A stretch of 32,000 nt of DNA from Dubosiella newyorkensis. Lineage in GTDB: Bacteria > Bacillota_I > Bacilli_A > Erysipelotrichales > Erysipelotrichaceae. Shown piece by piece: positions 27,486 to 32,000 of this stretch; the first letter of the stretch is position 1; every line of letters starts with the position of its first letter. The position numbers and the translations under genes were made by a program. The stretch is from NCBI RefSeq assembly GCF_001945605.1, contig NZ_MPKA01000058.1:39945-71944 (forward strand). Reading direction: 5' to 3'. The notes beneath the pieces were generated by a model. The model was given only the letters and a program-made list of their open reading frames with translations, had not been told where the DNA came from and did not search any database.

Positions 27486-27874
27486 AGCTGATCAAGGATC
27501 CCGTTGATCATCTTATAAGAATCATCGTCACAATATTTTTTAGCGATTGTGATCGCTTCATTGATGACAACTGGTTTTGGTGTATCGAGCGCCAAGATTT
27601 CTTGCGCTGAGACAAGCAGGATCGCTTGTTCGATCAAAGAAAGTCGATCGAAGCTCCAATCCTTTCTTAAAAGCGGCTGGATCTTTTCGATATATTGTTT
27701 TTCATGTTCAACGGTACCGATCGTCAATTCGTAGAGATAGCCATCGATATTATTGCTTTTGGTGGCTTCGAAAACGCATTTTCGGATGTCCTTTCCTAAA
27801 AGCAGATGCTGATAGACGCATTTCATTGCTAAGATCCGCATCTTGTGACGATTGAGTGTTTTTTCTTCCGACAT
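27482..27874 (-). CDS. nusB: Transcription antitermination factor NusB
   Basis: 130 aa, with GGGAGG upstream and the NusB pattern (R..A...LYQ-like N-terminus, INEAI..AK.Y). Confidence 0.9.
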   Translation of the reverse strand: MSEEKTLNRHKMRILAMKCVYQHLLLGKDIRKCVFEATKSNNIDGYLYELTIGTVEHEKQYIEKIQPLLRKDWSFDRLSLIEQAILLVSAQEILALDTPKPVVINEAITIAKKYCDDDSYKMINGILDQL

Positions 27875-27890
27875 ATTAACCTCCCTATGC

Positions 27891-27924
27891 GAAAAAAGGA
27901 AATCCGCGATTCCCGAGATTTCCT
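27891..27924 (-). terminator. Rho-independent terminator (or attenuator) between asp23 and nusB
   Basis: 8-bp stem AGGAAATC / GATTTCCT (27897-27904 with 27917-27924), 12-nt loop. The asp23 stop codon overlaps the base of the stem. The minus strand continues UUUUUUCGC, and only about 22 nt remain before the nusB ATG. Confidence 0.6.
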
Positions 27925-28252
27925 AAAAAATAAACCCTACGACATCGATCTGAATGTTTTCTGGTTTGTAATCTGTCATGTATGAGATACTCTCGTAAAC
28001 TTTATTTTGAAGCGCAGCACAGACATCTGTCACATTGGCTGTATAGACCACCTTGACAGGAATGCTCAAAAAGAGCTTATTTTGATCGATCCGAGTCTGG
28101 ATCCCATTTTTGAATGGTTTGTTGGATTCTGCCAATTGGATATCCTTCACCTCATCGATCACATTGGCTGCGATCGTCGAGAAGACGCCTTTATATAAGA
28201 AAATATTTCCAAGATCGTCTTTCGAATTCAGTTGTATAAAATCTTTTGCCAT
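27923..28252 (-). CDS. Asp23/Gls24 family envelope stress protein
   Basis: 109 aa from the ATG at 28252 (AAGGTGA 5 nt upstream). The asp23-nusB adjacency matches that in Bacillus (yqhY-nusB). Confidence 0.85.
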   Translation of the reverse strand: MAKDFIQLNSKDDLGNIFLYKGVFSTIAANVIDEVKDIQLAESNKPFKNGIQTRIDQNKLFLSIPVKVVYTANVTDVCAALQNKVYESISYMTDYKPENIQIDVVGFIF

Positions 28253-28277
28253 ATTTATCACCTTTTTTCTTTTCCCA

Positions 28278-29234
28278 TTATAACAAATTTATTACAGAGG
28301 ACCAATCCTGAATGCTTTTTTTCGCTAGAATTTGACGGGTCGTTTCTATATCTTGCTTGAGTTGGGTCTTGAGCGCTTCGATCGAATCAAACTTATGCTC
28401 TGGTCGGATCTTTTGAACAAAAAGAAAGGAGACTTTCTTGCCATACAAGTCTTGATCAAAATCGAGCACATGGGCTTCGATGGATTTGTGCGTGTTTCCA
28501 AAGGTCGGATTAAAGCCAATGTTGATCATAGCCGGATAATAGCTGTTTTTCAGTTTCATATAACCGGCATATACGCCGATCGCTGGCAGTGTAAACAGAG
28601 AGTCGGGTTCTAGATTGGCTGTTGGAATGTTTAAGATCTTGCTTCCTCTTTGAAATCCATGGCGTATCGTCCCATCGATCGAATACATATAGCCTAAAGA
28701 CGCGTTGGCTTCTTCGATCCGTCCTGCCTCGATCTCTTTTTCGATCTTGGAGGAAGAGATCTTTTCAATTTGATCTTCCATGAGTGGATCGATCGCGATG
28801 ATCTCGATCCTTTCTTGCGCTTTGAGCGTATGGATCGAGCCTGAGTTATGAGAAGCGTAATGAAAATCCGTCCCGCAAACGAGCGCTTGAACATGCATAT
28901 CGAACAAGAGTTCATGAAAATCCTCATAGGTCAGAGCGGCGAATTCTTTTGTGAAATGCATAATATAGAGGATATCGATCCCGGCTTCCTGAAACATGGC
29001 TTCTCTTTTTTCGATCGGAGTGAGATGGTCCATTTCTTCATCGGGATGAAAAAGTGTCCATGGATCGGGATCGAACAAGATCGCTCCCGATGGCAAATGT
29101 TTCTTTCTTGCTTCTTCCAGTGTGGTCTTCAGCAAGAGCTGATGTCCTTTATGAAGTCCATCAAAAAAGCCAATACAGCAAACGGTCTTTGGCAGATCGG
29201 GTATTTTCGTAAATTCAATAGAATAGATTTGCAT
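28278..29234 (-). CDS. ribF: Bifunctional riboflavin kinase / FAD synthetase
   Basis: GFFDGLHKGHQ nucleotidyltransferase motif and a C-terminal riboflavin kinase domain (GFPTAN-like NIPTANL, E..HVLDF). The ATG at 29234 has AAGGGGG 8 nt upstream and overlaps the truB TGA by 1 nt (TGATG). Confidence 0.9.
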   Translation of the reverse strand: MQIYSIEFTKIPDLPKTVCCIGFFDGLHKGHQLLLKTTLEEARKKHLPSGAILFDPDPWTLFHPDEEMDHLTPIEKREAMFQEAGIDILYIMHFTKEFAALTYEDFHELLFDMHVQALVCGTDFHYASHNSGSIHTLKAQERIEIIAIDPLMEDQIEKISSSKIEKEIEAGRIEEANASLGYMYSIDGTIRHGFQRGSKILNIPTANLEPDSLFTLPAIGVYAGYMKLKNSYYPAMINIGFNPTFGNTHKSIEAHVLDFDQDLYGKKVSFLFVQKIRPEHKFDSIEALKTQLKQDIETTRQILAKKSIQDWSSVINLL

Positions 29235-30058
29235 CACCATAGCCCCCTTTTGCTTTTGAACAGATTTCCTTCTTCTCTTTCATAGATTGCTAACGCTTTT
29301 TGCTCTTGATCTACAAGGCAGATGCGATCCTTTTCGCTATCTAGCATTATCGGCTTGCCGTTTTTGATCGCCGAAAGATCCGGATATCGAATAAAAGGAT
29401 ATTGATCCAAAGCCATTTCCAATGGATAGAGGGTGTGTCGCTCTTGATCGAGACTTTCAGCTTGTTCGAGCTGAAAACGCCCTACCTTTGTTCGAACGAG
29501 GCTGGCCATGGCGCCTAGATTGTTTGTTTTTTGCGCGATATCGCGGCAGATTGATCGAATATAGGTGCCAGAAGAACATGAAACTTGAAAGATCAAGTGT
29601 TTTTCGTCGAGCACTTTGGTCGCATAGATCTCGATATTGGCATAGACATCCGGCACTTCTTTGCCTTCTCGTTGATAATCCATTAGTTTTTTGCCTTGGA
29701 TCTTTTTGGCGGATGTCTTCGGAACAAGTTGGTGCTGTTTGCCTTCCATGGAGCGTAATAAAGCTTGCAGATCCTGAATTGGTTGGATCGGTTGTTCTTT
29801 TTCTTTCTCGCCCCAGATGTCATCGGTCGAATATTGAGCGCCTAATTGCAGTTGGGCGATATATTCTTTATCGGTATCCTCTAAAAACTGGAGGATCTTG
29901 CAAGCTTTGCCGCATAAAACAACGAGAACCCCGCTTGCGTTTGGGTCGAGTGTTCCTGTGTGGCCAAACTTTTTTTGTTTATATTTTTTTCGCAGGAAAG
30001 CGATCACGTCATGACTTGTCATTCCTGCGGGTTTATTGATTACAATAATTCCGTCCAT
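29234..30058 (-). CDS. truB: tRNA pseudouridine(55) synthase
   Basis: GIIVINKPAGMTSHDV, and the catalytic Asp in GHTGTLDPNASGVL. Confidence 0.95.
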   Translation of the reverse strand: MDGIIVINKPAGMTSHDVIAFLRKKYKQKKFGHTGTLDPNASGVLVVLCGKACKILQFLEDTDKEYIAQLQLGAQYSTDDIWGEKEKEQPIQPIQDLQALLRSMEGKQHQLVPKTSAKKIQGKKLMDYQREGKEVPDVYANIEIYATKVLDEKHLIFQVSCSSGTYIRSICRDIAQKTNNLGAMASLVRTKVGRFQLEQAESLDQERHTLYPLEMALDQYPFIRYPDLSAIKNGKPIMLDSEKDRICLVDQEQKALAIYEREEGNLFKSKRGLW

Positions 30059-30073
30059 ACTATCACCGAATCA

Positions 30074-30102
30074 ATTGTACAAAAATGTATCTTCATGCAC
30101 AA
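30074..30102 (-). promoter_or_regulatory. Putative truB-ribF-asp23 promoter
   Basis: Minus strand reads TTGTGC (30102-30097), 17 nt, TACAAT (30079-30074). GGTGA lies before the ATG at 30058. Confidence 0.5.
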
Positions 30103-30117
30103 CCGATGTCATCGGTT
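30101..30117. promoter_or_regulatory. 17-bp perfect palindrome AACCGATG-t-CATCGGTT in the divergent truB / ttcA-like control region
   Basis: Read directly from the sequence. It overlaps the -35 regions of both divergent promoters. Confidence 0.45.
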
Positions 30118-30129
30118 TCTTTCTTCATG

Positions 30130-30135
30130 TATAAT
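30130..30135 (+). promoter_or_regulatory. -10 box TATAAT placed 7 nt before the ATG of the TtcA-like gene
   Basis: The sequence is catgTATAATactggtcATG, with no Shine-Dalgarno-like purine tract. The -35 (TGTCAT at 17-nt spacing) is weak. Confidence 0.4.
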
Positions 30136-30142
30136 ACTGGTC

Positions 30143-30886
30143 ATGAAGATTCAAAATATATTACGTCAGATCCGAAAAGCGGATCAAGATTTTAATTTGA
30201 TCGAGGATGGCGACAAGATAGCCATCGCTCTTTCGGGTGGCAAAGACAGTATGCTTTTGTTCGTGTCTTTGAAGATGTATCAAAATTTCAAAGGTAAGAA
30301 TTTTGATTTGATCGGGATCCATGTGGATGTTGGTTTTGAAGAATTCGAGCACGAGCTCATGAAAGAGTTTGCGAGGCAATATGATCTTGAACTCTATATC
30401 GAGAAGACCAAGATCTTTTCGATCCTCTCTTTAGAGAAAAATCAAAAAAACGGCAAGATCCAATGTTCTTTATGTTCGACTTTAAAAAAAGGGGTCTTGT
30501 TTGAAAAAGCGAAAGAATATGGATGCAATAAGATCGCTTTGGGTCATCATGGGGATGATGCGATCGAGACTTTGTTGCTCAATATGATCCATGGTTCTAA
30601 GATCGCCACATTTTCTCCCAAACAATATATGTCGAGGATGGATATGGATATGATCCGTCCCATGGTGTATTTGAAAGAAGAAGAGATCGTCGAAGCATGC
30701 AAAGCCAATCAGATCCCGAGCGTTCGGCGTGTTTGTCCCAATGATGGCTATACACAGCGTCAAGAAGCCAAAGAGCTCATGGAAAAATTTTATAAATTGT
30801 ATCCGATGGCGCACGATAACTTCTTGAATTCACTAAGCAACGAAGAACAAGTCTCCTTATGGAACAAAGACCTGCGATCAAAATGA
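30143..30886 (+). CDS. PP-loop ATPase, TtcA/TtuA-like tRNA thiolation enzyme
   Basis: The ORF opens at 29960, but its first 61 codons are antisense to truB. The start is placed at the ATG at 30143 (MKIQNILRQIRKADQDF..., the family-typical N-terminus). It has the PP-loop ALSGGKDS, the Cys motifs CSLCS and VCPN, and GHHGDD. Confidence 0.8.
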   Translation: MKIQNILRQIRKADQDFNLIEDGDKIAIALSGGKDSMLLFVSLKMYQNFKGKNFDLIGIHVDVGFEEFEHELMKEFARQYDLELYIEKTKIFSILSLEKNQKNGKIQCSLCSTLKKGVLFEKAKEYGCNKIALGHHGDDAIETLLLNMIHGSKIATFSPKQYMSRMDMDMIRPMVYLKEEEIVEACKANQIPSVRRVCPNDGYTQRQEAKELMEKFYKLYPMAHDNFLNSLSNEEQVSLWNKDLRSK

Positions 30887-30907
30887 TGCTGGTCTTTGTT
30901 TTTTTAT
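30863..30907 (+). terminator. Rho-independent terminator of the TtcA-like gene
   Basis: 10-bp perfect stem AACAAAGACC / GGTCTTTGTT (30863-30872 with 30891-30900). The 18-nt loop contains the stop codon, and a T-run continues beyond the stem to 30906. Confidence 0.65.
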
Positions 30908-31491
30908 TTAACTTGGTCCAAAAAATAGGTTGCTTCCATATCTGCGGTGCTCAAGGCAAAGGAGAGCGGGTAATGTTCAAAGCTGTATCCGACATTGTTT
31001 TTGGGATCGTCGTTGGAAAAACCCATATGATAGCGGATCGCGAACGCTTCTTCCCTTGTCAAATGGAAGTAGCTCTGCAAAATATAGACCGATTTTTCAC
31101 CATGACCGAATGGAAGCTTGTCTTCGAATTCATAATAAGGGACTTGGATCCATTTGTCGTTGACTTTTTTATTCCTCGTGCTTTCTTTGTAGACATTGAT
31201 CTTGCATATATCGTGGAGTAAAGCGACGATCGCGATCGTCTCATCGGTATAATTCATTTTATACACGTCTTTAACTTGTTCCCGGTCTAGATACGCTTTC
31301 AAGCATTCATAGACATGTAAGCTATGTTCGCACAATCCACCTTTATAATTCCCATGAAAACGGGTCGAGGCGGGCGCTTCAAAGAAATCAGAGTGCGCGG
31401 AGCATAAATAGTCCAAAAACTTGTCCGCCCCTTCACGTTTGATCTTTTCTTTATAGATTTGAATGAATTTTTCTTTATTGTCCATGTTCAT
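30904..31491 (-). CDS. HD-domain metal-dependent phosphohydrolase (function unknown)
   Basis: 195 aa with H..HS (CEHSLHV) and ALLHDICK, forming the H...HD motif. No Shine-Dalgarno sequence lies upstream of either the ATG at 31491 or the ATG at 31485. Confidence 0.75.
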   Translation of the reverse strand: MNMDNKEKFIQIYKEKIKREGADKFLDYLCSAHSDFFEAPASTRFHGNYKGGLCEHSLHVYECLKAYLDREQVKDVYKMNYTDETIAIVALLHDICKINVYKESTRNKKVNDKWIQVPYYEFEDKLPFGHGEKSVYILQSYFHLTREEAFAIRYHMGFSNDDPKNNVGYSFEHYPLSFALSTADMEATYFLDQVK

Positions 31492-31516
31492 AGTGTACCA
31501 TAGAACGGTTTTCGCA

Positions 31517-31546
31517 AAAAGAAAAGACTGCTATAAAAAAGCAGCC
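31517..31546 (-). terminator. Rho-independent terminator downstream of the candidate ncRNA
   Basis: 7-bp stem (31526-31532 with 31540-31546), including one pair that is G-U only in the minus sense, with a 7-nt loop. The minus strand continues UUUUCUUUUUG. Confidence 0.65.
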
Positions 31547-31560
31547 TTTGTTTTCATATC

Positions 31561-31706
31561 GCCCAAGAACGAGACTTTTCCCTGTATATACAGGTGGGTA
31601 AACTGTGTTAAGTATTAGGATCCCCACACGTAGCGGGTCTTCAACACAACTTATCAACGTCCGTTTTCCCTTATCTCAACTTGTAGGAAAAATAAAATCC
31701 TTGGGC
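31561..31706 (-). ncRNA. Candidate structured non-coding RNA, class not recognised (6S-like rod, or a cis-leader of the HD gene)
   Basis: The promoter-predicted 5' end coincides with a 10-bp closing helix (31697-31706 with 31561-31570). There is an internal 13-bp helix (31639-31652 with 31600-31612), an apical hairpin (31623-31637) and a palindromic hairpin (31581-31594). Several pairs are G-U only in the minus sense. A terminator follows. Confidence 0.55.
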
Positions 31707-31712
31707 ACATCT

Positions 31713-31741
31713 ATAATACAAAAACTATTCCTCGAATGCAA
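31713..31741 (-). promoter_or_regulatory. Promoter of the candidate ncRNA
   Basis: Minus strand reads TTGCAT (31741-31736), 17 nt, TATTAT (31718-31713). The seventh nt downstream is G31706, the first base of the closing helix. Confidence 0.6.
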
Positions 31742-31775
31742 CTTATACACCGTAATTCATTGTTTCGAACAAGTT

Positions 31776-31804
31776 TTGAAAGGAGATTTGAAGTTTGTTA
31801 TAAT
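31776..31804 (+). promoter_or_regulatory. Strong promoter-like element (with extended -10) in the right-hand intergenic region
   Basis: TTGAAA (31776-31781), a 17-nt spacer ending in TGT, then TATAAT (31799-31804). Confidence 0.6.
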
Positions 31805-31810
31805 TCGGAT

Positions 31811-31897
31811 ATGGATACAAAACTCATTAAATTTTTCAACGGGAGTTTTACAGTTTGCAAAAACATAAGCCCCTTTTTCTTAAAATGTCCCATATAA
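31811..31897 (+). other. Possible leaderless 28-codon sORF (MDTKLIKFFNGSFTVCKNISPFFLKCPI), or the 5' part of a small RNA
   Basis: The ATG lies 6 nt after the -10 box with no Shine-Dalgarno sequence. I cannot assess conservation, and coding status is unsupported beyond the geometry. Confidence 0.2.
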
Positions 31898-31949
31898 TAT
31901 CAATCTCTTTTTCTTCTGGATACTTATTTGCTTTTTTTTCTCCTCTTTC

Positions 31950-31980
31950 GTGACAATGTCCTCTCATTGTCGCTTTTTTA
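31950..31980 (+). terminator. Rho-independent terminator at the right edge of the window
   Basis: Stem GACAATG / CATTGTC (31952-31958 with 31965-31971), extendable by G-U and G-C pairs, with loop TCCTCT and then TTTTTT after 2 more nt. The minus strand has no U-tract. Confidence 0.65.
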
Positions 31981-32000
31981 TTGTCAAATCATTGGTCATT

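Noticed and set aside
29235-29260. FMN riboswitch upstream of ribF
   Set aside because: ribF overlaps the truB stop codon (TGATG), so there is no leader. ribF is not normally FMN-riboswitch controlled.
29422-30039. 205-aa plus-strand ORF, one of the longest unassigned ORFs in the track
   Set aside because: It lies entirely antisense to truB. The translation is Arg/Leu/Cys-rich and low in complexity, with no start signals. It is a shadow ORF of a well-supported gene. The same reasoning applies to 6111-6479, 12786-13097, 28848-29285, 21119-21454, 30482-30814, 30859-31221 and the other listed ORFs that lie antisense to, or out of frame within, called genes.
29960-30142. 61-codon N-terminal extension of the TtcA-like ORF (GTG start at 29960)
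   Set aside because: The extension overlaps the truB 5' end and its promoter region in antisense. It is Phe/Cys/His-rich nonsense. The family-typical N-terminus begins at the ATG at 30143.
31475-31657. 60-aa minus-strand ORF with hydrophobic stretches (considered as a type I toxin-like peptide)
   Set aside because: It has a TTG start with only AGGGA upstream. It reads through the intrinsic terminator and into the HD gene start. The region is better explained by RNA structure.
31561-31706. Identification of the structured RNA as SRP RNA, tmRNA, RNase P RNA or a T-box
   Set aside because: It has no GNRA-capped helix-8 motif (GGAA with AGCA), although GUUUACC superficially resembles 4.5S RNA. 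It has no GGGG...CCACCA ends and no tag ORF. It lacks GAGGAAAGUCC and is too short for RNase P RNA. It has no AGAGA/GGUGG T-box elements.
31605-31868. 87-aa plus-strand ORF across the intergenic region
   Set aside because: It starts inside the minus-strand RNA element, upstream of the only plus-strand promoter. It has no Shine-Dalgarno sequence and AT-rich composition.
1-32000. CRISPR arrays, tandem repeats, IS elements or prophage genes
   Set aside because: None was seen. The visually repetitive texture of the sequence comes from the dense GATC/CGATCG content, not from spaced direct repeats.

Overview
This is a 32-kb chromosomal core segment from a low-GC Gram-positive (Bacillota-like) genome. 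The orders asp23-nusB-xseA-xseB-ispA-dxs-tlyA-recN and truB-ribF are the classical Bacillus/Clostridia arrangement, here without folD and argR. I call 33 protein genes and 1 frameshifted gene, with 28 of the 34 on the minus strand. Contents:
- a partial alkyl-sulfatase-like gene and an orphan lipoprotein
- two DegV paralogs flanking a DUF1836 gene
- murT-gatD, purC-purB and ppk1
- a translationally coupled operon of a FecCD/BtuCDF-type ABC importer plus larE-larB
- a TetR regulator and a split XRE-HTH/zinc-ribbon gene
- a gene string from truB to a YgjP-like gene, interrupted only by a terminator after asp23, downstream of which 12 genes abut or overlap
- a TtcA-like PP-loop gene and an HD-domain gene

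I saw no rRNA, tRNA, CRISPR array, transposase or prophage signal. I also see no convincing novel multi-gene system such as a defence island. The observations most worth follow-up are:
1. A promoter-to-terminator unit at 31517-31741 (minus strand) encoding a structured RNA whose class I cannot identify.
2. lar cofactor genes fused to a chelate-type ABC importer, with no larC or larA in the window.
3. A strong over-representation of GATC that is confined to coding sequence and tied to almost exclusive ATC use for Ile.
4. Three start codons placed 6-7 nt after a -10 box with no Shine-Dalgarno sequence, suggesting leaderless mRNAs.
5. Short promoter/terminator-bounded intergenic units after purB and at the right edge of the window.

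All family assignments come from reading the translations and recalling motifs. No database search was run.
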